A stretch of 64,000 nt of DNA from an uncultured Dehalococcoidia bacterium. GTDB lineage: Bacteria > Chloroflexota > Dehalococcoidia > Lucifugimonadales > UBA3495. Under the pieces are notes generated by a model. It was not told the DNA's origin and made no database searches. It was given only the letters and a program-made list of their open reading frames with translations. The DNA lies in NCBI GenBank assembly GCA_958296445.1, contig OY282565.1, forward strand, positions 2,589,570-2,653,569, in the 5' to 3' direction. Below are positions 8,827-17,449 of the stretch, piece by piece; within the stretch, counting starts at the first letter, position 1, and the number at the start of each line of letters is the position of its first letter. A program made the translations under genes and the position numbers.

Positions 8827-9411
8827 ATGGCCGCATCCCTAAACTACCCCGTAGAGATCGCCGCCGAATACCCGGAGCGGGTAAACCGCTTCCTATGGCT
8901 CATCAAATGGCTACTAGTCCTCCCCCACGCCATCATCCTAAGCCTAATCTCCATCCCCGCCATCATCACCCTCCCCCTGTCCTGGCTCGCAATCATCATC
9001 CTGGGGCGCTACCCCTCCCTCCTATGGAACTACCACGCCGGCCTCCTCCGATGGAGCTGGCGAGTAAATTTCTACTCCTACGAAGCGGGCGCCACCGACC
9101 AGTACCCCCCCTTCTCCTTCGAAACCCGCGACGACTACCCGGCCGACCTCATAATCGAATACCCCGAAACCTCCTCCCGCCTAACCGCCCTTTTCCGCTG
9201 GCTGCTAGTCATCCCCCACTGGATAATTGTCTCCTTCTTAGAGTCGATAAGAAATATCCTTGTCTTGATTGCCCTACTGGCGACCCTGTTCACCGGACGC
9301 TACCCCGAATCCCTGTTCGACATCATAATGGGCATGAACCGCTGGATCTACCGAGTAGCAGCCTACGTCGGACTGCTAATAGACGACTACCCACCCTTCA
9401 GCTTCGACTAA
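8827..9411 (+). CDS. DUF4389-like membrane protein (two repeats)
   Basis: 194 aa. Two copies of the pattern ...NRFLWLIKWLLVLPHAIIL...GRYPSLLWNY...RW.WRV..Y......YPPFSF. GGAGG RBS. Confidence 0.75.
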   Translation: MAASLNYPVEIAAEYPERVNRFLWLIKWLLVLPHAIILSLISIPAIITLPLSWLAIIILGRYPSLLWNYHAGLLRWSWRVNFYSYEAGATDQYPPFSFETRDDYPADLIIEYPETSSRLTALFRWLLVIPHWIIVSFLESIRNILVLIALLATLFTGRYPESLFDIIMGMNRWIYRVAAYVGLLIDDYPPFSFD

Positions 9412-9619
9412 CCCGCAACTAACCGGCAGGCACACCAACCGGCAGGCACAAATGACCCAACAAAAAAACCCCCAACCGCCCCCCTAGACGGCTACCGCGT
9501 AGCCCCCTACGGCGGACTGCTAACAGACGACCACCCACCCTTCAGCTTCGACCAACCGGCAGGCACAAATGACCCAGCAAAAAAACCCCCAACCCGGCCC
9601 CCTAGACGGCTACCGCGTA
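9361..9619 (+). repeat. 117-bp tandem duplication spanning a gene junction
   Basis: The 3' end of the DUF4389 gene, the intergenic spacer and the first codons of the next gene occur twice. ATGACCCA(A/G)CAAAAAAACCCCCAACC is found at 9452 and 9569. The first copy reads MTQQKNPQPPP-stop. Confidence 0.85.
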
Positions 9620-10801
9620 CTCGACTTCGGCTGGGTACTAGCCGGAGCAGTGCCCGGAATGATTCTCGCCGATATGGGCGCCGACGTAATCAAAGTCGAA
9701 ACCCGCCAGCGAATGGACTATATGCGCCTAGGCCGCCCCATCATCGGCGACACCCCCGACCCGGAACAAAACCCGATGTTCCACAACGTAAACCGCGGCA
9801 AACGCAGCATCACCCTCAACACCACCCGCCCCGAAGCCGTACAACTCGCCCGCCGTCTCGCCGCCCAATGCGACGTAGTCATCGAAAACTTTTCCCCCGG
9901 CGTAATGCAACGCCTCGGCCTAGACTACCCAACCCTAAGCCGCGACAACCCCCGCCTAGTAATGGCCTCCATCACCTCCAACGGCCAGACCGGCCCCCTG
10001 CGCGACCTCCGGGCCTACGCCCCCTCCATCGGCGCCCTGTCCGGCCTAGACAGCACAATGGGCTACCAAAACGGCCGCCCCCTAGGGCTAAAACACGCCT
10101 ACGCCGACCTCTGCGGCGCCCTCCACGCCGTATTCGCCATCACCGCCGCCCTCTACCAGCGCCGCCGCACCAACCAAGGCCAATACATAGACCTCTCAAT
10201 GCTACGCGCCACCGTAGCCACAATGGGCGCCGGCCTGATGGAATACGAACTAACCGGCCGCGTCCCCCAGCCCCAAGGCAACCACGACCCAACAATGGCC
10301 CCCTACGGCAACTACCCCTGCCAAGGCCAAGACCAATGGGTATCCATAGCCGTCCGCACCCAAGCCGAATGGCAAGGACTCCTAGAAGCAATGGGCCATC
10401 CCGATTGGGCCAACCAACCTCCCTTCGCCAGCCGCTACGCCCGCCTAAACCACCGCCAACAACTAGACGCCCACCTATCCCAATGGACCCAAACCCTCCC
10501 ACCCTGGGAAGCCGCCCAACTCCTACAAACCCACGGCGTAGCCGCCTTCCCCGTCCTAGACGCCGAAGCCCGCCTATTCAACCCCCACTTCCAAGAACGC
10601 GGCCTATACTCCGAAATAGAACACCCCGCCCTAGGCGCCGAACCCATCTTCAACCTAATGTGGCAACTAAGCCGCACCCCGCCCCAAATCCGCCGCCACG
10701 CCCCCCAACTAGGCGAACACAACCGCCAAGTATTCTGCCACCTCCTAAACCTACCCGAATCCGAACTAACCCGCCTACAACAAAACCAAGTAATCTGGTA
10801 A
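9569..10801 (+). CDS. CaiB/BaiF family CoA-transferase, paralog 3
   Basis: 410 aa. LDGYRVLDFGWVLAGAVPGMILADMGADVIKVE..., ...ENFSPGVMQRLGLDYPTL..., ...APQLGEHN... Confidence 0.9.
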   Translation: MTQQKNPQPGPLDGYRVLDFGWVLAGAVPGMILADMGADVIKVETRQRMDYMRLGRPIIGDTPDPEQNPMFHNVNRGKRSITLNTTRPEAVQLARRLAAQCDVVIENFSPGVMQRLGLDYPTLSRDNPRLVMASITSNGQTGPLRDLRAYAPSIGALSGLDSTMGYQNGRPLGLKHAYADLCGALHAVFAITAALYQRRRTNQGQYIDLSMLRATVATMGAGLMEYELTGRVPQPQGNHDPTMAPYGNYPCQGQDQWVSIAVRTQAEWQGLLEAMGHPDWANQPPFASRYARLNHRQQLDAHLSQWTQTLPPWEAAQLLQTHGVAAFPVLDAEARLFNPHFQERGLYSEIEHPALGAEPIFNLMWQLSRTPPQIRRHAPQLGEHNRQVFCHLLNLPESELTRLQQNQVIW

Positions 10802-10824
10802 CCCCCCCACCCACCAACCCTCCC

Positions 10825-11498
10825 CAACCCGCAAGGGCGCACAGCCCCGCCCCCCCAACGCAATCAACCACCCGCCCTATTTCCCCCCGCCAACCCGTAG
10901 GGGCGCACAGCCGTGCGCCCCCCAACGCAATCAACCACCCGCCCTATTTCCCCCGCCAACCCGTAGGGGCGCACAGCCGTGCGCCCCCCCAACGCAATCA
11001 ACCACCCGCCCTATTTCCCCCGCCAACCCGTAGGGGCGCACAGCCGTGCGCCCCCCCAACGCAATCAACCACCCGCCCTATTTCCCCCCGCCAACCCGTA
11101 GGGGCGCACAGCCGTGCGCCCCCCCAACGCAATCAACCACCCGCCCTATTTCCCCCCGCCAACCCGTAGGGGCGCACAGCCGTGCGCCCCCCCAACGCAA
11201 TCAACCACCCGCCCTATTCCCTTCGCCAACCCGTAGGGGCGCACAGCCGTGCGCCCCCCCAACGCAATCAACCACCCGCCCTATTTCCCCCCGCCAACCC
11301 GTAGGGGCGCACAGCCGTGCGCCCCCCCAACGCAATCAACCACCCGCCCTATTTCCCCCCGCCAACCCGTAGGGGCGCACAGCCGTGCGCCCCCCCAACG
11401 CAATCAACCACCCGCCCTATTTCCCCCCGCCAACCCGTAGGGGCGCACAGCCGTGCGCCCCCCCAACGCAATCAACCACCCGCCCTATTTCCCCCCGC
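10825..11498 (+). repeat. tandem array, 10 copies of a 66-68-bp unit built around a GC hairpin (family B)
   Basis: CAACCCGTAGGGGCGCACAGCCGTGCGCCCC... starts at 10891, 10957, 11024, 11092, 11160, 11227, 11295, 11363 and 11431, with a degenerate copy at 10825. Each unit is the palindrome GGGGCGCAC-AGCC-GTGCGCCCC plus CCAACGCAATCAACCACCCGCCCTATTTCCCC. Confidence 0.9.
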
Positions 11499-11902
11499 CA
11501 AAACCGCCCGCCATCCTAAGCAAACGCCCGCCACCCCGATAGCCGCCCGCCACCCCGACCAAATCCCTGTCACCCCAACCAAACATCTGTCATTCTGAGC
11601 AAAGCGAAGAATCCCCCCTTGGGCAACCACCCCCACCCCAACCCGCAGGGGCGCACAGCCCCCCGCCCTATTCCCTTCGCCAAAACCGCCCGCCACCCTA
11701 AGCCCCGTCTGTCACCCCGACCAAAGCGAAGAACCCACCTTGCCCCCCCAACCCCTCCCCCACCCGTAGGGGCGCACAGCCGCCCCCCAACGCAATCACC
11801 CCACCCCACCCCACCCTTGCCAGCTCGCGCATTTAAGTCTACGCTAACCCCCAACCGCCCAACCGCCCAACCCCCAACCCACCAACCGGAGAAACCCCAC
11901 CC

Positions 11903-13135
11903 ATGACCACCCCCAACGAAAGCCAGCGCGTAGCCGAAACCCTCCCCGAAGTAGACAACATCTCCCCCGACGCCATCGCCCGCGCCAAAGCAATGATCGG
12001 CACCCGCCTCCGCACCGAAAACTTCGTCCGCGACGCCTCCCTAGGCGCCCTCCTCAACTTCGTCAACGGCATCGGCGACACCAACCCCATCTTCCGCGAC
12101 CAAGAATACGCCGCCTACAGCAAATACGGCTCCATCATCGCCCACCCCTGCGCCCCCTATATGCGCCACTGGTCAGGCCGCACCCGCTGGGGCCTGCCCG
12201 GCGTCCACGGCTTCTTCGCCGGCAACGACTGGGAATTTTTCCGCAACATCCGCCCCGGCGACGCCATAAACTGCGTCGAGCGCGTACTCGACGTCCAAGA
12301 ACGCCAAAGCCGCTACTCCCAAACCCTAGTCATCCAATACGTCGAAACCATCTACACCAACCAGCGCGACGAACTAATCGCCCGCGTAGTCGGCTGGTGC
12401 ACCCGCCACCAGCGCCGCGCCTCCCGACAGCGCGGCAAATACGCCGACGTCCCCCGCCGCCACGAATACCCACCCGACCAACTAGAAGCCATAGACCAGC
12501 AGGTACTAGCCGAAAAAGCCCGCGGCGCCCAAACCCGCTACTACGAAGACACCCACATCGGCGACCGCCTAGAACCCGTAGTCCGCGGCCCCCTGTCCCT
12601 ACAAGACGTCTCCGCCTTCCTAGTAGGCACCGGACGCTCCAGCGCCCACGGCGTCCTGCTCCGCGAAGCCCTCCGCCACCCCGACCACTTCTTCCGCAAC
12701 CCCGAAGCCGGTGGCGGCCTAGAATACACCGGCATCGGACACCTCCGCGACTCCGTAGCCGAAGCCGTAGGCGTCCCCGGCGCCTACGACTACGGCCCCC
12801 AGCGCGTATCCTGGATGGCAACCCTGCTCACCAACTGGATGGGCGACGACGCCTTCCTGAAACGCCTGCGCGTCGAATGTCGCCGCTTCAACGTCTACGG
12901 CGACACCCAATGGTGCCAAGGCCGCGTAACCGGCAAGCGCATCCACAACGGCGCCCCCCTCATAGACCTAGAAATCTGGGCCGAAAACCAGCGCGGCGAA
13001 ACAACCGCCCCCGGCCAGGCCACCATAATGCTCCCCTCCCGAGACCCCCGCCTACCCTGGTTCACCGACGGCCAAGCCCTAAACCTACGCAACACACCCC
13101 CCACCAAAAACACCCCGCCAATACTCCCCGAGTAA
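11903..13135 (+). CDS. MaoC-like (double hotdog) acyl-CoA hydratase/dehydratase
   Basis: 410 aa. The N-terminal half (...FVRDASLGALLNFVNGIGDTNPIFRDQEYAA...IAHPCAP...) looks like the MaoC_dehydrat_N/FAS1-DH-like module. The C-terminal half (...NVYGDTQWCQGRVTGKR...IDLEIWAENQRGETTAPGQATIMLPSR) looks like a MaoC hotdog. GGAGA RBS. Confidence 0.75.
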   Translation: MTTPNESQRVAETLPEVDNISPDAIARAKAMIGTRLRTENFVRDASLGALLNFVNGIGDTNPIFRDQEYAAYSKYGSIIAHPCAPYMRHWSGRTRWGLPGVHGFFAGNDWEFFRNIRPGDAINCVERVLDVQERQSRYSQTLVIQYVETIYTNQRDELIARVVGWCTRHQRRASRQRGKYADVPRRHEYPPDQLEAIDQQVLAEKARGAQTRYYEDTHIGDRLEPVVRGPLSLQDVSAFLVGTGRSSAHGVLLREALRHPDHFFRNPEAGGGLEYTGIGHLRDSVAEAVGVPGAYDYGPQRVSWMATLLTNWMGDDAFLKRLRVECRRFNVYGDTQWCQGRVTGKRIHNGAPLIDLEIWAENQRGETTAPGQATIMLPSRDPRLPWFTDGQALNLRNTPPTKNTPPILPE

Positions 13136-13138
13136 TCC

Positions 13139-13550
13139 AAAAATCACGAAATCACCCCCACCCCCCATCACCCTAAACAAAGCCCTATCATCCTAAGCAA
13201 AACCCTGCCACCCTGAACAAAGCCATGTCATCCTAAGCAAAGCCCTGTCATCCTGAACAAAGCCCTATCATCCTGACAAAGCCCTGCCACCCTCAGCAAA
13301 ACCCTATCATCCTGACAAAGCCCTGCCACCCTAAACAAAGCCCTGCCACCCTCAGCAAAACCCTATCATCCTGACAAAGCCCTGCCACCCTCAGCAAAAC
13401 CCTATCATCCTGACAAAGCCCTGCCACCCTAAACAAAGCCCTGCCACCCTCAGCAAAGCCCTGTCATTCTGAGCAAAGCGAAGAATCTCACCTTGGCCAG
13501 TGAGACCCTTCCCTTAGCTCAGAGTGCCAAAGGGGAATTTCGCAAGAAAG
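13139..13550 (+). repeat. giant family A element with about 15 tandem 21-22-bp head repeats
   Basis: Left end AAAAATCACGAAATCAC. It is followed by a run of degenerate CAAAGCCCTGTCATCCTGA-type units, then the core CTGTCATTCTGAGCAAAGCGAAGAATCTCACC...GCTCAG, and the right end GGGGAATTTCGCAAG. Confidence 0.75.
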
Positions 13551-13571
13551 AACGGCAGCAGGTGAATTACT

Positions 13572-14081
13572 ATGGGCGAAAAACTAATCATCAGGTACGA
13601 CGAAATAGGGAGCTTCCTGTTCCTAGAAGTGTGTCATCCCTACGCAGAACAAGATTCCGATATGATTGACGACGCGGTAGTAGCCAGGTTCAACCTGAAA
13701 ACGGGCGAAATGGAGTCCATAGAAATCCTGTTCTTTGAATCCTGGCTGAAAAAAGAAGGCGAAATCCGCATCCCCGTCACCGCCGCCCTGCACCCCAACA
13801 ACACGTCCGCCCCCGAGTCATTGCCCCACCCGTCCGCAACAAATACCCCACTGACCATCAAATACAACCACCCCACCGACACCCTAACCATAAACCAACG
13901 CCACCCCCACCCCAACCAAACCAAAACCCAGCTAACCAAAGGCATATCAGCCCGAACCAACCCCGCAACCAACCAAATCGAAAACCTAGAAATCCAAAAC
14001 TTCAAAGCCCGCGCCAAAAATGACGGCGAAATCCGCATCCCCATCAACGCCACCCTACACCCCGCCAACCCCACCAAGTAG
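13572..14081 (+). CDS. tandem DUF2283-like protein (antitoxin-like), copy A1
   Basis: 169 aa. Two modules with the DUF2283-like pattern (LIIRYDEIGSFLFLEV...MESIEILFF and LTIKYNHPTDTLTINQ...IENLEIQNF) joined by a P/T/N-rich linker. GCAGGTG RBS. Confidence 0.6.
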   Translation: MGEKLIIRYDEIGSFLFLEVCHPYAEQDSDMIDDAVVARFNLKTGEMESIEILFFESWLKKEGEIRIPVTAALHPNNTSAPESLPHPSATNTPLTIKYNHPTDTLTINQRHPHPNQTKTQLTKGISARTNPATNQIENLEIQNFKARAKNDGEIRIPINATLHPANPTK

Positions 14082-14093
14082 CGGCGGCAAACA

Positions 14094-14408
14094 ATGCCCG
14101 AATACCACCCCTGCCCCTACCTAGGCGCCGCCGTTGAAATCACCGATGAACGTTACGCCCACGTTCTGAAAGGACATCCAGAGTTGGCGCCGGTCTACTG
14201 GGAGCGCGTGGCTGAAACCCTCGCCGCCCCCAACCGGGTGCTTCGCAACGACACCACCAATAGCGGCACACTATTCCTGCGGTGGTATGATGACTTGGAC
14301 AAAATGGTTGTCGCCGTAGTCATTACCGACCCAAACCGCCACTGGCTGATCACCGCCTACATCACCGGAAATATGCCAAGAGGTGAAATCCTATGGCAAC
14401 AGGACTAA
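14094..14408 (+). CDS. small conserved protein, toxin-like (H-x3-HPE ... TAY motif family), copy B1
   Basis: 104 aa: ...VEITDERYAHVLKGHPELAPVYWERVAETLAAPNRVLRND...MVVAVVITDPNRHWLITAYITG... Its 3' end overlaps the next gene by 16 nt. Function is inferred only from size, motif pattern and pairing with DUF2283-like genes. Confidence 0.6.
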   Translation: MPEYHPCPYLGAAVEITDERYAHVLKGHPELAPVYWERVAETLAAPNRVLRNDTTNSGTLFLRWYDDLDKMVVAVVITDPNRHWLITAYITGNMPRGEILWQQD

Positions 14409-14926
14409 CACTCGAATACAGCAACCAAGCCGACGTGCTCTGCATCCTGAAATGCCCCCCATACATCGGCCAACAAACCACTGAAATAGACGACTTCGTC
14501 ATAGCCAGAATGAACCCCAAAATGCCGGAGATCGAGTACCTAGAAATCCTGCTCTTTTTCCGCCGCCTCGAGCAATACGGCCAACTGAACCTCCCAACCG
14601 CCGCCACCCTGCACCCCGCCAACACGCCCACACCCGAAGCACCAACCCCGCCATCCGCAAAGAATACCCCACTGACCATCAAATACAACCACCCCACCGA
14701 CACCCTAACCATAAACCAACGCCACCCAAACCCAAGCCAAACCAAAACCCAGCTAACCAAAGGCGTATCAGCCCGAACCAACCCCGCAACCAACCAAATC
14801 GAAACCCTAGAAATCCAAAACTTCAAAGCCCGCGCCAAAAAAGACTGCGAAATCCGCATCCCCATCAACGCCACCCTCCGCCCCGCCTACCCCACCGAAA
14901 ATATCCCACCCACACCCCCCAAGTAG
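14393..14926 (+). CDS. tandem DUF2283-like protein, copy A2
   Basis: 177 aa. AGAGGTGA RBS inside the end of B1. The C-terminal module is nearly the same as in A1 (PLTIKYNHPTDTLTINQRHPNP...). Confidence 0.6.
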   Translation: MATGLTLEYSNQADVLCILKCPPYIGQQTTEIDDFVIARMNPKMPEIEYLEILLFFRRLEQYGQLNLPTAATLHPANTPTPEAPTPPSAKNTPLTIKYNHPTDTLTINQRHPNPSQTKTQLTKGVSARTNPATNQIETLEIQNFKARAKKDCEIRIPINATLRPAYPTENIPPTPPK

Positions 14927-14938
14927 CGGCGGCAGACA

Positions 14939-15253
14939 ATGCCGGAATACCACCCCTGCCCCTACTTGGGCACCGCCGTTGAAATCACCGACGAGCGATA
15001 CGCCCACGTTCTCAAAGGACATCCAGAGTTGGCGCCGGTCTACTGGGAGCGCGTGGCTGAAACCCTCGCCGCCCCCAACCGGGTGCTTCGCAGCGACACC
15101 ACCAATAGCGGCACACTATTCCTGCGGTGGTATGATGACTTGGACAAAATGGTTGTCGCCGTAGTCATTACCGACCCAAACCGCCACTGGCTGATCACCG
15201 CCTACATCACCGGAAATATGCCAAGAGGTGAAATCCTATGGCAACAGGACTAA
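14939..15253 (+). CDS. toxin-like small protein, copy B2
   Basis: 104 aa, differs from B1 at only two residues (G12T, N52S). It lies exactly 845 nt downstream of B1. Confidence 0.6.
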   Translation: MPEYHPCPYLGTAVEITDERYAHVLKGHPELAPVYWERVAETLAAPNRVLRSDTTNSGTLFLRWYDDLDKMVVAVVITDPNRHWLITAYITGNMPRGEILWQQD

Positions 15254-15756
15254 CACTCGAATACAGCAACCAAGCCGATGTGCTCTGCATCCTGAAATGC
15301 CCCCCATACATCGGCCAACAAACCACTGAAATAGACGACTTCGTCATAGCCAGAATGAACCCCAAAATGCCGGAGATCGAGTACCTAGAAATCCTGCTCT
15401 TTTTCCGCCGCCTCGAGCAATACGGCCAACTGAACCTGCCAGCCGTCGCCGCCCTGCACCCCGCCAACACGCCCACCCCCGATGCATTGCCCCCACCAGC
15501 CGCAACGAATACGCCCATAACCATCAAATACAACCAACCCACCGACACCCTAACCATAAACCAACGCCACCCAAACCCCAACCAAACCAAAACCCAGCTA
15601 ACCAAAGGCATATCAGCCCGAACCAACCCCGCAACCAACCAAATCGAAAACCTAGAAATCCAAAACTTCAAAGCCCGCCTAAAAACACACGGCGAAATCA
15701 TCCTACCCATCAACGCCACCCTCCGCCCCATCAAACACGCCGCAGCCCCCAACTAA
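15238..15756 (+). CDS. tandem DUF2283-like protein, copy A3
   Basis: 172 aa. The first 68 aa are identical to A2 and the C-terminal half is diverged. It lies 845 nt downstream of A2. Confidence 0.6.
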   Translation: MATGLTLEYSNQADVLCILKCPPYIGQQTTEIDDFVIARMNPKMPEIEYLEILLFFRRLEQYGQLNLPAVAALHPANTPTPDALPPPAATNTPITIKYNQPTDTLTINQRHPNPNQTKTQLTKGISARTNPATNQIENLEIQNFKARLKTHGEIILPINATLRPIKHAAAPN

Positions 15757-15775
15757 AACCGCCGGAGAACAACCA

Positions 15776-16141
15776 ATGGGCCGAACATTCGTACAAGGAA
15801 CCATCAGCGGCCCCGCCGACACCCGGAGCTACGATTTCTTTGTCGACACCGGCTCCGCCCTTATGGGCCTGCCAATGCAAGAAATCGAAGCCCTAGGACT
15901 AGAGCCCGTCGCCAACGGGAAAAGGTGGTTCATCACCGCCAGCGGCCGGATGCAATTCGACACCTACCACATCAAAGGCGAAATATGGGGCAAAGGATTC
16001 GGAGCAATGGTCGCCCCCTGCCCCGTCCCCCTAGTAGGCTACGAAACGCTCCAAACAATGCGACTGCGAGTCAACCCGGTCAGCGAGGAAATAGAGGAAG
16101 TCCCGGACGAAGTAATCAACCACCCACCTTATTTCTTATGA
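15776..16141 (+). CDS. single-domain retropepsin-like (clan AA) aspartic protease
   Basis: 121 aa. ...SYDFFVDTGSALMGLPMQEIEALGLEP... has a canonical D-T-G-S motif, with ...PLVGYETLQTMRLRVNP at the C-terminus. GGAGA RBS. The last codons (EVINHPPYFL) are supplied by a family B repeat flank. Confidence 0.65.
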   Translation: MGRTFVQGTISGPADTRSYDFFVDTGSALMGLPMQEIEALGLEPVANGKRWFITASGRMQFDTYHIKGEIWGKGFGAMVAPCPVPLVGYETLQTMRLRVNPVSEEIEEVPDEVINHPPYFL

Positions 16142-16221
16142 TACGACCACACCCACACCCGTAGGGGCGCACAGCCGTGCGCCCTATCCCCAACAAACCA
16201 CTCCACCCCAGGAAAAAAACA

Positions 16222-17448
16222 ATGACAACACCCACCCCAGAAACCAACACCCCCAACGCCCTAACCAACCTCCGCGTCCTAGAGCTCGCCGGAATGGTAG
16301 CCGCCCCCTACTGCGGCAAACTCCTGTCCTCCCTAGGCGCCGACGTCATAAAAATCGAACCCCCCAAAACCGGTGACCCATCCCGCCGCCTAGGCCCCTT
16401 CCCCAACGACGCCCCCCACCCGGAACGCAGCGGCCTGTTCCTCCACCTCAACACCGGCAAGCGCGGCATCACCCTAGACCCCGACGACCCCCAAGGCCGC
16501 CAAATCCTGCAACAACTATCCGCCAAAGCCGACATAATCCTACACGACTCCCCGCCCGCCCAAGCCGCCGCCCGCCGGCTCGAGCGGGAACCCCTGGCCG
16601 CCGTCAACCCCGGCCTGATTATCGCCGCCGTAACCCCCTACGGCTCCAGCGGCCCCAACGCCGGATTCGCCGCCCACGACATCAACATATTCCACGCCGG
16701 GGGCGAGGGCAACCTGCTCCCCAACGGCCTAGCCCTGGATCTGTTCCCCCAGCGCCCCCCCATCACCGCCGGGGCTATGATGGCCTCCTACCAAGGCGGC
16801 CTAACCGCCGCCGTCGGCCTGATCGCCGCCCTAATCGCCCGCAACAACGGCGCCCCCGGCCAGACCGTAGACTGCTCCATGCAAGAAGCCCAGCTCGCCA
16901 TCGGCTACCTCCCCATCCAGCGCCTAGAAGCCGAAGGCTTCGTCGAAACCCGCCACTCCCGCTTCTTCCGCATAGGCGGCGTAATGCCCGCCGCCGACGG
17001 CTACATAGAACTGCTAACCCTAGAACCCCGCCAATGGCAAGGGCTGTACCGGCTGCTAGGCGAACCCGAATGGGCCGCCCCCGGCAAATTCCAGGCCCCC
17101 GCCACCCACGGCCCAGCCATCAACCAAAACCTGCGCCAATGGACTGCCCAACACACCCGCGAATGGCTATACCAACAAGGCCAGGCCCACGGCGTCCCCA
17201 TCGCCCCCTACCTAACCCCCGCCGAAGTCTTCAACAGCCCCCAACAACGCCAGCGCAACTTTTTCGCCCCAGTCCCCCACCCCCAAACCGACGACTACGA
17301 CTACCCCGGCCAACCCTTCCGCATGAGCCAAACGCCCCCCACCCAACACCGCGCCCCCCTCCTAGGCGAGCACAACCCCCAAATCTACCGCGAGCAAGGC
17401 TACACCCCCCAACAACAAGCAACCCTAGCCCGCGCCGAAGTAATCTAA
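16222..17448 (+). CDS. CaiB/BaiF family CoA-transferase, paralog 4
   Basis: Track ORF 16177..17448, whose first 15 codons come from the repeat. An in-frame ATG at 16222 follows AGGAAAAAAAC. ...LTNLRVLELAGMVAAPYCGKLLSSLGADVIKIEPPKTGDP... Confidence 0.9.
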   Translation: MTTPTPETNTPNALTNLRVLELAGMVAAPYCGKLLSSLGADVIKIEPPKTGDPSRRLGPFPNDAPHPERSGLFLHLNTGKRGITLDPDDPQGRQILQQLSAKADIILHDSPPAQAAARRLEREPLAAVNPGLIIAAVTPYGSSGPNAGFAAHDINIFHAGGEGNLLPNGLALDLFPQRPPITAGAMMASYQGGLTAAVGLIAALIARNNGAPGQTVDCSMQEAQLAIGYLPIQRLEAEGFVETRHSRFFRIGGVMPAADGYIELLTLEPRQWQGLYRLLGEPEWAAPGKFQAPATHGPAINQNLRQWTAQHTREWLYQQGQAHGVPIAPYLTPAEVFNSPQQRQRNFFAPVPHPQTDDYDYPGQPFRMSQTPPTQHRAPLLGEHNPQIYREQGYTPQQQATLARAEVI

Positions 17449-17449
17449 G

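Noticed and set aside
10825-11498. Regularly spaced palindromic repeats resembling a CRISPR array
   Set aside because: The whole 66-68-bp unit is repeated nearly identically, so there are no unique spacers. There are no cas genes and no leader. It is a tandem minisatellite.
13146-13560. Possible small-peptide genes or microsatellite-encoded repeats in the head arrays (also at 35463-35545 and 46800-46915)
   Set aside because: The periods are 21-22 bp (not multiples of 3), the units are degenerate, and they always lie within family A elements.
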